Made by a program: the position numbers and the translations under genes | Part shown: in pieces, positions 1 through 9,564 of the stretch | Numbering within the stretch: position 1 is the first letter of the stretch | How the letters are laid out: each line of letters opens with the position of its first letter | DNA from: a bacterium | GTDB taxonomy: Bacteria > SZUA-182 > DTGQ01 > JAFGSM01 | NCBI GenBank assembly: GCA_049472335.1 | Contig: JBLIRO010000010.1 | Span: 15,527-79,526, forward strand | Length of the DNA stretch: 64,000 bases | Reading direction: 5' to 3' | Notes under the pieces: model-generated | What the model saw: only the letters and a program-made list of their open reading frames with translations | Told to the model about the DNA's origin: nothing | Databases searched by the model: none

Positions 1-91
1 GGACTGCTGGTATAAGTCCTGAGAGTGTAAGTTTTAGTGATGGTTATAGAAGAATCAACCATAATTTAGAAGGGCTAATAAAGGAATGGAC

Positions 92-118
92 GAGGCAATC
101 TCATACTGAGATTGCCTC
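92..118. terminator. Hairpin, probable intrinsic terminator
   Basis: Perfect 12-bp inverted repeat GAGGCAATCTCA-tac-TGAGATTGCCTC just past the 3' end of the minus-strand response regulator. Confidence 0.6.
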
Positions 119-158
119 CATTTGCCCTTTACCCGAATAGGGTTTGGAACCATTGTCT

Positions 159-539
159 TTACTGATTAAAAATCCTTTTTATCTTTGTTACTAAATCATC
201 CATCCGGGGGGTCTTTTTCGCATAATCCGCAATACCTAAATCACGTGATAAATTCTCATCCTCAGCATCCCTCATATTTTTGCACATAATAATGGGAATG
301 GACTTTGTTTCTTCCGTGCTCCTTAATTTCAAAACAGTGGCAATTCCATCCAGTTTAGGCATTACAACGTCTATAATGATGATATCAGGAGAGGTGCTTT
401 TAGCCTCCTCAATACATTCCTTGCCGTAATTTACTTGAGAAATAATGTACATGTCATCGGATAAAATTCTTCTCAGCAAAAAGATTAAGTCGTTATCCTC
501 ATCTACGACCAGGATTTTATTTTTTGTACCGAAAAGCAT
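159..539 (-). CDS. Single-domain response regulator (CheY-like receiver)
   Basis: KILVVDED, PDIIIIDVVMPKLDG with the phospho-acceptor Asp, IPIIM, GIADY. The conserved Thr/Ser and the Lys-Pro look degenerate. Confidence 0.85.
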   Translation of the reverse strand: MLFGTKNKILVVDEDNDLIFLLRRILSDDMYIISQVNYGKECIEEAKSTSPDIIIIDVVMPKLDGIATVLKLRSTEETKSIPIIMCKNMRDAEDENLSRDLGIADYAKKTPRMDDLVTKIKRIFNQ

Positions 540-603
540 TTTTAATTCGTTTTGTAAGATAAAATATATAATATTTTAGTTGTTTGAATATACGCTTCTA
601 GCT

Positions 604-2568
604 TTACCCGGAAAAAGGGTCCTCTTTTTCCTGGTTCAGAAAAGCAGTCTGGTCCTTTATCATATTATCAAGCCAATCCATGAAACAGCTCTGTCCGTTT
701 TGTTGAATGAGCATTTTATTGCAACATCTCTTATTTAAATTTGTATTATCCGGCGGGGATATCTTAAGGGCTTCATAGACCAGTTTGTCATGTTCATAAA
801 CATCTTTCCTGAAGTTGACAGTGCCATCCTCGTTTACCCATGCGGTCAAATAAATCAGATGAACAGGGATCGACTCCGGCAATCTGACTATCATCTTTTC
901 TCCCTTCTCTATGGAATCCGTGATTTTTTCACGATTCCATTTTTTGCCGGGACTCAGTACAAATTCTGCAAGATCGATTGGCTTCTCGATGCGTATGCAT
1001 CCCGAGCTGAAGCAACGTTCCGTTCTCGCAAACAGTCCCCGGGATGGTGTGTCATGGATATATACGGCATATTTATTGGGGAACATAAATTTTATCCTGC
1101 CTAATGGATTATTCGGACCTGGATCCTGGCGGAATGAAAAATTATTGTGGTTGACGTTCACCTTTGACCAATCTATCGCTTCAGGATCCATTGCGCTTGC
1201 CTCGGCTTTCTTGCCAAATCCCTGTAAAATCTTCATCTTTGTTTTAGCAAAAAAACCGGGATTCCTTTTCAGTGCAGGTATAATGTCCTCTTTCACTATT
1301 GTTGATGGTACAGTCCAATAGGGATTGATTACCAAATAAGTCATTTTATTACTGAATATGGGGGTGCTGCGGCAGGGTTTTCCTACGATTGCCTTCATGT
1401 TTAAAACGGTCTTATTGTTTTCAATAACATTCAGCTCCTGATTTGCAATATTTATAAGTATATAGCGTTCACCGAAATCCTGATTAAACCATCTACACCG
1501 TTCCAGGTTCAGCTCAATTTGGCGAATACGCTCCTCTACCGGGATATTCAAGGCAGCCAGTGTATTGGGACCTATAATTCCATCGACCTCCAGACCGTGT
1601 CTTTCCTGAAACCTTCGGATAGCCTGCTCTAAAGAATCATCATATATGTTTTGGCCATTTTCATGCTCTAAGCTTAAATCCCCTGTCATAAGAAAGCGAT
1701 CCCGCAAGGTTTTAATGAAACCTCCGCGTGTGAGAATGGGGCGTCTGGGTTCGGTTTTGACCAGTTTTTTATTTCTTTTAAGGGATCGTCTGGGTGATTT
1801 TTCAATATTTTTTCGCCAATCACCCTTGTGTATTTTGGGATAATCAGGTATGGCGGCCCAGCCGCCTTTTTCAGCAATATCCTTATATTTTGCCAGGGCT
1901 TCGCGAAGATTTATGTAACCCAGGTTTTGTGGATGAAAGCTTTTCAGGGCTTCTTCCATATTGTTCGAATCAATGGCATCCTGAAGGGCCTTGGCTAAAT
2001 CATATTCTTTGTCCTTTACATTCCATTCAGGATTTATAGCTTCCGGATTGATTCTTCCTCCTAATATATGAGAACCATAGATCAAAAAGGCATCCGTAAG
2101 CAATAGATCCAGATCAAACAGCCAGTTAGGATTAAACAACCATATATTACCTTGATTATGATTTATCTTTTTTAAAGTAGTCTCGATTTCAGCCAGATGA
2201 TAATCCCCGGGTTTAAGACCTTCGAGATCGGCTTTATGTATCAATTTGATAAAGGTGTCCACTTGCGATAATGGTCCGTTGTCATCGCTCCATGCCGGCC
2301 GGTAGTTTCTTCTCGCGTAAAAAAGTGACAGCATCAAGGGCGCGTGAATGGATTCTCCCCCGACTATTAACCTGGGCGGCATCCCTGCCACTTCTATCCG
2401 GTTTCGCAGTCGTTCTCCGACCCGGTCACGGAGTGTTTTTGCGGAAACACCTTTAGGTAAGACAAAAAGGATAAGGAAAAAAAATAATACACTGATTTTA
2501 AACAGACTTATCAACCACTTTAAGAAGTAAAACCTTAAATTGATTTTTATAAAAGTACTGTTGGGCAT
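604..2568 (-). CDS. ycbB: L,D-transpeptidase, YcbB/LdtD family (scaffold, PG-binding and YkuD domains)
   Basis: FQERHGLEVDGIIGPNT PG-binding motif; INPYWTVP; NPLGRIKFMFPN; catalytic YIHDTP...FSSGCIR. Confidence 0.92.
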   Translation of the reverse strand: MPNSTFIKINLRFYFLKWLISLFKISVLFFFLILFVLPKGVSAKTLRDRVGERLRNRIEVAGMPPRLIVGGESIHAPLMLSLFYARRNYRPAWSDDNGPLSQVDTFIKLIHKADLEGLKPGDYHLAEIETTLKKINHNQGNIWLFNPNWLFDLDLLLTDAFLIYGSHILGGRINPEAINPEWNVKDKEYDLAKALQDAIDSNNMEEALKSFHPQNLGYINLREALAKYKDIAEKGGWAAIPDYPKIHKGDWRKNIEKSPRRSLKRNKKLVKTEPRRPILTRGGFIKTLRDRFLMTGDLSLEHENGQNIYDDSLEQAIRRFQERHGLEVDGIIGPNTLAALNIPVEERIRQIELNLERCRWFNQDFGERYILINIANQELNVIENNKTVLNMKAIVGKPCRSTPIFSNKMTYLVINPYWTVPSTIVKEDIIPALKRNPGFFAKTKMKILQGFGKKAEASAMDPEAIDWSKVNVNHNNFSFRQDPGPNNPLGRIKFMFPNKYAVYIHDTPSRGLFARTERCFSSGCIRIEKPIDLAEFVLSPGKKWNREKITDSIEKGEKMIVRLPESIPVHLIYLTAWVNEDGTVNFRKDVYEHDKLVYEALKISPPDNTNLNKRCCNKMLIQQNGQSCFMDWLDNMIKDQTAFLNQEKEDPFSG

Positions 2569-3317
2569 AACCTTATCTTCTCCATTTTAAAATTAACATT
2601 TAAATGATTCTAAAGGAAATCCTTACCCTATTCACTATGAATAGATAATTTCCCTTCATTATCCCCCCTTTTTTTAATAATAAATCTCAGAGGAGAGATA
2701 AGATTCGTCTAAATACCTAAAATTTATTAGTTAATCTATCACTTTTTTGTTTGTGCCTCTCATTGTCTTATGTCTAAAAATCATATTTGTCATAATAGTT
2801 ATGTCATTTGAATATTTTTTATGAAATCTCCCGGAGCATATCTTATTGTAGAAACAAAAAATTTTTTCTCCCATATCAAAAGAATTTGAATGAAGTCTCA
2901 TCATATATGTAATGTTTTTCATTTTTAAATACCTTTAATTACAATAAGATGTTTGCATTTATTATTATTTTTATAAAAACTGAACACCCGTTTTCCAATT
3001 TTTATTTTCTCCATTTCCGGTATTAATACTAATTTTAAAATTCATCTAAAAAGTGTCTTAAAATTAGTTTTGTTAGTTATTATGCAAAAATTTTGCTAGT
3101 GTTGTTACAAAAATTTCCTATTTGGGTAAAAACATTGAAAGTATTAAAAATGAAATGACTTGCTTTATTCACCAAAACTGCCGATAAGAAAGTATAATAA
3201 TTATCTTTTTCCTTTTGGATTTGAATGTGACTACTCTTCGCGCAATAATTTAGGCCATCTTGGAGGTATGAAACAATTTTTTAAGACGAGTTAAATAATA
3301 ATTAATAATATGATATA

Positions 3318-4511
3318 TTGAGTACTATGATTAATTTACTCACCAATCTAACATGGCTCGATTTAGTCGATATTTTTCTGATTACCTTCGTTGTCTATCA
3401 ATTATTTATCCTTTTTCACAGAACCAAGGGCTTTAGGATCTTAATAGGCCTCTCTTTCCTGGGTGTCATATATATTATGGTGAGATCATGGGGGCTGTTT
3501 CTCTCGACGTGGGTATTCCAGGTTTTTTGGCAGGCGTTGATCATTCTAATCATAATTGTTTTTCAACCTGAGATAAGAGATGTTCTGGAAAAGGTCAATC
3601 TCCTCAATTTTGTTCAGGGCAAGAAAAACTCATCTCCTGATGCTTCAAGAATCGAGGCTGTCAGCAGGGCCACCTTCCATATGGCTGAAAAGAAAATAGG
3701 CGCGATTATTGTCTTCAAGCAAAAAGACGACCTGAAGGATTTGATACGGGGGAGCATTCAGCTCGATGGGGAGATCAGCGAGCCTCTATTATTGAGTATT
3801 TTCCAGAAATCCTCTTCAATTCATGACGGGGCAATTCTCATAGATGAAGGCAGAATTAAGACAGTCGCGGGATACCTCCCCATGACGGAAAGAGACAACC
3901 TGCCCAATCATTATGGTTCGAGGCATCGTGCGTGTCTGGGACTTTCCGAAAGAAGCGATGCATTTGTCATTGTAGTTTCAGAGGAAACAGGGGAAGTTTC
4001 CTTTGTTCAATATGGCAAGATTAGAAAAATCAGAGATGTTAAGGGCTTACATAGTGTTATTCAGGAGCATTTTTTAAAGAAGAAGAAACAAAAGACCTCT
4101 TTTCTGGGTGGTTTCTTTTCGAGGTTAATTTTGAAAGACGGTCTTAAAAAACTTATCTCCTTTTTACTTGTATTTGTTTTATGGGCACTACTCGCAGGGC
4201 AGCAGAACTATTCGCAAAATATATTGGTGCCTATAGAATATAAAAAGGTGCCGTCCAATATAGAATTGGTTTCTCCGCCAAAGACCGCCAAGGTTTCTAT
4301 TAAGGGGCTTCGAAAGCTGGTTTCCTCATTAAAGACAGAGGACATTCGTATAGAATTGGACATTTCATTATCACAATGGGGGAGGCGCACTTATTATATC
4401 TCAAAAGAGGATATCAATCTGCCTGCTGGTATCGAGCTGGAATATATTGAGCCATCGGTTCTTCGACTGGATTACAGAGTTATCCCGCCACCTGAGCAAA
4501 ATAGTAATTAA
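3318..4511 (+). CDS. cdaA: Diadenylate cyclase CdaA fused to a C-terminal YbbR/CdaR domain
   Basis: Three N-terminal TM helices, FQPEIR, IHDGA, GSRHRA and VVSEETG DAC motifs; then a TM helix (KLISFLLVFVLWALL) and a YbbR-like beta domain. TTG start uncertain. Confidence 0.9.
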   Translation: MSTMINLLTNLTWLDLVDIFLITFVVYQLFILFHRTKGFRILIGLSFLGVIYIMVRSWGLFLSTWVFQVFWQALIILIIIVFQPEIRDVLEKVNLLNFVQGKKNSSPDASRIEAVSRATFHMAEKKIGAIIVFKQKDDLKDLIRGSIQLDGEISEPLLLSIFQKSSSIHDGAILIDEGRIKTVAGYLPMTERDNLPNHYGSRHRACLGLSERSDAFVIVVSEETGEVSFVQYGKIRKIRDVKGLHSVIQEHFLKKKKQKTSFLGGFFSRLILKDGLKKLISFLLVFVLWALLAGQQNYSQNILVPIEYKKVPSNIELVSPPKTAKVSIKGLRKLVSSLKTEDIRIELDISLSQWGRRTYYISKEDINLPAGIELEYIEPSVLRLDYRVIPPPEQNSN

Positions 4512-4545
4512 GGTTATACCGGATATGTTTTATTAAAAGACAGAA

Positions 4546-5961
4546 ATGAAAATAATAGGTTCACATCTTTTTGCTATCATAGGTTTTTTACTTGCCATTC
4601 TTCTGATAGCCAGGCTCATGAGGGAAAAAAGAAGTCCCGGGAGCACCATTGCCTGGTTATTGGCTATTATTATGATCCCTCAAATAGGTATTCCCTTTTA
4701 TTTTTTATTCGGTGGCAGAAAGATAAAACGAATGATTGAGAAAAAGGATAATTTATATCCTGACAAAACAAATGATCATCCGGAAAAAGAGGGTTACAAG
4801 TCTAATACAGAAAAAATTTTAATAAGAAGCGGAGCGCCGCCTGCTTCTAAGGGAAATCAAATAGAATTGCTTTCCGAGGGAGGCCTTGCATATTCCCGTT
4901 TGATGGAATTGCTCGAGAATGCGGAACATTCCATAGATATAACGACATTTATTCTGGGGCATGACAAGGTCGGAAGGGCTATTATAGAGACCCTCACTAA
5001 AAAGGCCAAACAGGGATTAAAAATAAGGCTTATCCTTGACTCCCTCGGATGCTTGCGAACCAGAGGCCGTTTTGTGGATCCCCTCAGAGAAGCCGGGGGA
5101 AAAGTGGGTATATTTATGCCAATGCTCCCTTTTCACAGAAAATGGTCTGCCCATCTTCGGAACCATCGCAAGATTATAATCGTAGATCAAGATTTCGCGA
5201 TAGTAGGTGGAATGAACCTTGCAATAATTTATATGGGATCGGATTCTGATAAATCCAGATGGAATGATTTCGGTGTTTTGGTAAAAGGTCCTCTCGTATC
5301 CGATATTTGTCAAATCTTTGATGCCGATTGGGATTTTGCCACCGGAGGCAAATATAAAATGGATAAACAATCTGCAAATTCTTTCATACCTTATCAAAAA
5401 AAGGAAGACGGTATATCGGTACAGGTAGTTGCAAGCGGACCGGATGTGCCTACAGATTCCTTTTCAGAGGCAATTTTAACCGCTATCTTAGAAGCCAAAA
5501 AAAGGGTGTGGATCATCACGCCTTACTTCATCCCTGATGAACCGCTCTTGAAATCTCTCAGTCTATTAGCCCGTTGGGGAAAGGATATCTGTATTATAAC
5601 TCCGAAACGATCGAATCACTTGCTGGCCGATCTCGCCAGGGGATCATATCTAAGGACTCTGGCGGAAGCGGGTGTTAATGTTTTTTATTTTTATGCAGGC
5701 ATGCTTCATTCAAAGATAATTCTCATAGATAATTCCATAGCTATTGTCGGCTCGGCAAATATGGACATGCGAAGCTTTTATTTAAATTATGAAATAGCCC
5801 TTTTTATTTATTCAACCGCGCAAGCATATGCTATAGAAAAGATTATTGTGGAGGAAATCCTTCCAAAGTCGCAAGTCATGAGACATGGACAACCTTCCTT
5901 AAAAAGGGGGGTAAGAGAATGGATGGAGGATATAAGCCGGGTATTCAGCCCTTTTTTATAA
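4546..5961 (+). CDS. cls: Cardiolipin synthase
   Basis: N-terminal PLDc_N TM hairpin; two HKD motifs (RNHRKIIIVD, MLHSKIILID); TPYFIP; GSANMDMRSFYLNYE. Confidence 0.93.
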   Translation: MKIIGSHLFAIIGFLLAILLIARLMREKRSPGSTIAWLLAIIMIPQIGIPFYFLFGGRKIKRMIEKKDNLYPDKTNDHPEKEGYKSNTEKILIRSGAPPASKGNQIELLSEGGLAYSRLMELLENAEHSIDITTFILGHDKVGRAIIETLTKKAKQGLKIRLILDSLGCLRTRGRFVDPLREAGGKVGIFMPMLPFHRKWSAHLRNHRKIIIVDQDFAIVGGMNLAIIYMGSDSDKSRWNDFGVLVKGPLVSDICQIFDADWDFATGGKYKMDKQSANSFIPYQKKEDGISVQVVASGPDVPTDSFSEAILTAILEAKKRVWIITPYFIPDEPLLKSLSLLARWGKDICIITPKRSNHLLADLARGSYLRTLAEAGVNVFYFYAGMLHSKIILIDNSIAIVGSANMDMRSFYLNYEIALFIYSTAQAYAIEKIIVEEILPKSQVMRHGQPSLKRGVREWMEDISRVFSPFL

Positions 5962-6071
5962 AGATTTTAATGGTTATACGTGATTTCTTCTTGAATGAAA
6001 ACCAAAAGCTTAATAAGGGGGGAAATGGTAAATAAATTTTCATAATCCGGATTGCTGGTAGTAGGTGGATT

Positions 6072-7742
6072 TTGATGCAAAGGTTAATAAGGTTACTAAT
6101 ATTGACGGCAATATTGATATGTCTTGATCCGGTTTTATCCTCTGTATTTGCTGTCCCGTCTCTTTCCGATCAAGTTCGTGAAAGCCTGCAAAAAAGGATT
6201 GAAAGTGCAAACACTACATCCTGGTTTGTTATGGATAAAGAACCTATCCATGCTTCTGTTGTGTTGTCCCGTTTTTATAAGAATCGTCATTTTCAACCCG
6301 CATGGTTAAATGAGCTTGGCCCCATCCCCCAAGTAGACTCCTTAATAAAATCCATTCGTGAAGCGCGTCTGGAAGGCCTGAGGCCCGAAGACTATCATCT
6401 GAACAAGATCGAGGAAATTCATAAACAGATCCTCGGGGACAGGAAAGAGATCAAATGGACAGATCCCGTAAGATTGGCAGACTTTGACCTGTTGCTTACC
6501 GATTCTTTTCTGATATATGGCTTTCATTTGTTGGCCGGACGTGTTGATCAGGAAACAATGGAGGTGCAATGGAAGGCCGATCACTGTGAAATAGATTTGG
6601 CCGTTGTTTTACAGACCGCTCTAGATACCAGTCATATAGAGGAAGCCCTGAAGGCGCTTATTCCCATGTATTCGGGTTACATCGGGCTTCGCCAGGCACT
6701 GGCGAAGTACAGGAGAATTGTAAATAATGGTGGCTGGCCCTTGGTGCCCAATAATATTGAAATGAGAAAAGGGGACTGTGGCGAACATGTAACAGCCCTC
6801 AGAAACCGGCTTATAATATCAGGGGACTTGGATCCAGAAATCCCTAACAGTGAGGATTTGTTTGATGATGTTCTGGAACAGGCCATCCTGAAGTTTCAAC
6901 AGAGGTATGGATTGCCTGCTGATGGGATAGTGGGCCCGGATACGCTTGGTGAGCTTAATGTGTCGTCTGATGTCAGGATGCGTCAGATTAAGCTGAACAT
7001 GGAGCGCTGGCGCTGGCTTCCTCACGATCTGGGAAGCCGCTATATCATAGTGAATATCGCGGACTTTAAGGCCGGTGTATTCAAAGATGGTGAGACAGTA
7101 ATGGTTATGAAGGTTGTTGTGGGAAAGGATTACCGCCAAACACCCATTTTCAGCGGTGAAATGAACCTTGTTGTATTATGTCCGTTCTGGCATATTCCTA
7201 AAAAGATCGCCATAGAAGACAAGCTCCCACTTATACGTAAAGATCCTGATTACCTTACTGAATATCACATCAAGGTATTTCAAAACTGTGGAGGTGAATA
7301 CAGGAAAGTAGATCCTGAAACCATTGACTGGTCTTCAATAAATGCTGATAATTTCGATTATCTGCTGAGTCAGGCCCCTGGGCCCTGGAATCCGCTAGGC
7401 AGGATCAAGTTTTTGTTTCCGAATAAGTTCGAAGTGCATTTACATGATACTCCGTCCCAGATACTTTTTGAAAAAAATTCCCGGACTTTTAGTTCCGGAT
7501 GTATACGGATCGAAAAACCCATCGATCTTGCAGAATACCTCCTGCAGGAAGACCCTGAATGGACCCGTAAAAAAATTGTCACTGCCATAAATAAGAATGT
7601 CGAAAGAGTAATCCGAATTCCCAGCCCCATACAGATCCACTTGATTTACTGGACTGCGTGGGCCAATGAAGACCTGTCGATGCAGTTCCGCAAGGATATT
7701 TATGGACGTGACGAGCTTTTGGGGAGATTATTTAGAGAATAA
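6072..7742 (+). CDS. ycbB: Second L,D-transpeptidase, YcbB/LdtD family
   Basis: Signal peptide; FQQRYGLPADGIVG; NMERWRWLP; NPLGRIKFLFPN; HLHDTP...FSSGCIR; paralogous to 604..2568. Confidence 0.92.
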   Translation: MMQRLIRLLILTAILICLDPVLSSVFAVPSLSDQVRESLQKRIESANTTSWFVMDKEPIHASVVLSRFYKNRHFQPAWLNELGPIPQVDSLIKSIREARLEGLRPEDYHLNKIEEIHKQILGDRKEIKWTDPVRLADFDLLLTDSFLIYGFHLLAGRVDQETMEVQWKADHCEIDLAVVLQTALDTSHIEEALKALIPMYSGYIGLRQALAKYRRIVNNGGWPLVPNNIEMRKGDCGEHVTALRNRLIISGDLDPEIPNSEDLFDDVLEQAILKFQQRYGLPADGIVGPDTLGELNVSSDVRMRQIKLNMERWRWLPHDLGSRYIIVNIADFKAGVFKDGETVMVMKVVVGKDYRQTPIFSGEMNLVVLCPFWHIPKKIAIEDKLPLIRKDPDYLTEYHIKVFQNCGGEYRKVDPETIDWSSINADNFDYLLSQAPGPWNPLGRIKFLFPNKFEVHLHDTPSQILFEKNSRTFSSGCIRIEKPIDLAEYLLQEDPEWTRKKIVTAINKNVERVIRIPSPIQIHLIYWTAWANEDLSMQFRKDIYGRDELLGRLFRE

Positions 7743-7800
7743 GCTTACAACCCTTGATTATTAAAGAAAAATCGGGATCAGATAGAATTAGTTAGCTGTA

Positions 7801-8388
7801 TTACCAGCAGCGCACACGTCCGACATCTACGTGCACAAAATTCTTAAACGGGTAGTAACCTACTCCTCCACTCTTTAAATCAATAGCTGTTTTTCGTAAT
7901 GAGGAAAGTTTACAGTCCGGAAGATAGATATCCACCGCTTTTCCATAGATATGCATGCTCCGCCTGGCTACCCCTCTATTGTTTCTTCGTAGAAGACTAT
8001 TTGTGAAGCGGGTCCTGTAGCCCGAGACAATATGGAAGGGTTCTTTTGTTTCTATTCTGTCGTAAATATCATGTAAAAGTTCAATCAGCCGGATGTCAAT
8101 AGTTTTGATTTCACCGGTATAATGGTCACGGAGAATATAATTGATATCATTCAATGACTCGTATAAATACTCCCCATTGTACCAGTAGATTACCTTAAGT
8201 GTTTCCTCTGTATGCGTATTGTAGAAAAAGAGGCGTTTTTCCGGTGAAATAACTCGTCTCTCAGATGAAACAAAGGAATTTATAGCCGCAAAGGCCGGGC
8301 GGTTAATTATGCTTGCTCCCAAAGTGAATAAGCCCAGCTTGATAAGACTGCGGCGACTAAGATTATGTTCAAATATCGTCGAATTCAT
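7801..8388 (-). CDS. mepK: YcbK/MepK (DUF882, peptidase M15) 3-3 crosslink endopeptidase with Tat signal
   Basis: SRRSLIK twin-arginine signal; YNTHTEE, LRDH, SGYRT, SMHIYGKAVD, GGVGYYP, FVHVDVG. Confidence 0.9.
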   Translation of the reverse strand: MNSTIFEHNLSRRSLIKLGLFTLGASIINRPAFAAINSFVSSERRVISPEKRLFFYNTHTEETLKVIYWYNGEYLYESLNDINYILRDHYTGEIKTIDIRLIELLHDIYDRIETKEPFHIVSGYRTRFTNSLLRRNNRGVARRSMHIYGKAVDIYLPDCKLSSLRKTAIDLKSGGVGYYPFKNFVHVDVGRVRCW

Positions 8389-8530
8389 TTTAAAAATCTA
8401 TATTTAAATTTTCCTATAATTTACTTAAAAATATGACGTATGTAATGCATATACCTTACTGATAAACCATATGATAATATTATTATAAAACAAAATATAT
8501 ATTTTTGCAAATATTTTATTGTTTATGCTT

Positions 8531-9421
8531 TTATCTAAATTCTTTTGGGAGAAGGACAATCTCTATTCTTCTGTTTTTGGCACGTCCTTCCTTGGTGTCG
8601 TTGTCGGCCACCGGTTTGTACTCGCCAAAGGCGGTTGCGGACAAAATATTGGGATCGATGCCCTGTTTTTGTAAATATCTTGCCACATTAACTGCACGGG
8701 CCGCGGACAGCTCCCAGTTAGTAGGATATTTCTGCGCCAATGCTCCGTGTATCTTTAAATTATCAGTATGGCCCTCGACACGAATTACCTTGTCTTCAAC
8801 ATCTTTAAGCACATCAATAACCTTTTGCAGCACAACCAGTCCCTCAGGCCTTATCTCTGCCTTGCCTAAATCAAAAAGAACGGCATCCAGCATATTAACT
8901 GTAAGTTTGCCTTTTAATTCTGTGATAGTGACCTGGCCCTCCTCTATTTCGGCCTTCATTTTTTCTATCATAGAACCATAGGTTTTGCTCACTTCCTTGA
9001 GTTTTTCTTCCTTTTCGGCTTCAATATTTGAAATCTGTTGCTTCAGTTGTCCAATCTGCTGTTCCAGTTCGCTGTTTTTTTGCTTTAATTCGGCTATCTT
9101 TTGAATTTTTTCCTCTTTTTCCTTTTCAAGGTCAGCGATCTTTTGCCTGGACAACACAATCTTGGTTGAAAGCTCGTCCGATCTTGCTTCAAGCACGCTT
9201 TCAAGGTCTTCAACCTCGGATTCCAATTTTTCTATCTGCTGGTTGAGTTTATCATTTTCTTTTTGAAGATCGTTATATTGTTGTTTAAGAGATTCCAGAT
9301 TCTGAGTCAGGGTTTCAGCCTCGTTTACCTTTTTGAGATAAGTGTTTTTTGTAACAAAACATCCGGCAATGGCTAAAGCAAAGAATACGAGTAACACAAA
9401 AGATAAAATTTTCTTAAACAT
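8531..9421 (-). CDS. OmpA/MotB-family peptidoglycan-binding lipoprotein with a long coiled coil
   Basis: Start moved to ATG 9421, which has an AGGAGG RBS at 9428-9433; lipobox IAGC; coiled coil; RVEGHTD, NWELSAARA, GRAKNRRIEI. Confidence 0.88.
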   Translation of the reverse strand: MFKKILSFVLLVFFALAIAGCFVTKNTYLKKVNEAETLTQNLESLKQQYNDLQKENDKLNQQIEKLESEVEDLESVLEARSDELSTKIVLSRQKIADLEKEKEEKIQKIAELKQKNSELEQQIGQLKQQISNIEAEKEEKLKEVSKTYGSMIEKMKAEIEEGQVTITELKGKLTVNMLDAVLFDLGKAEIRPEGLVVLQKVIDVLKDVEDKVIRVEGHTDNLKIHGALAQKYPTNWELSAARAVNVARYLQKQGIDPNILSATAFGEYKPVADNDTKEGRAKNRRIEIVLLPKEFR

Positions 9422-9564
9422 AATAAACCTCCTTGATAAAAGGATCAGCCTCGACATTTCAGAATTATTTTTGTTAATGGTTGAACAGATTCTATATTTT
9501 ATTTATTGCCAAATGTCAAGGGCTTGACCCGGACTTTGACTAATTTCAGTATTTATAGGATTTT

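Noticed and set aside
1..90. Possible 3' end of an upstream plus-strand gene
   Set aside because: Too short to assign a frame or product
2731..2922. Short ORFs in AT-rich intergenic DNA (also 29856..30116 and 42585..42770)
   Set aside because: No RBS or motifs at the called starts; likely spurious
8531..9421. Flagellar stator motB
   Set aside because: Lipoprotein signal and coiled coil instead of the TM Asp motif; no motA nearby
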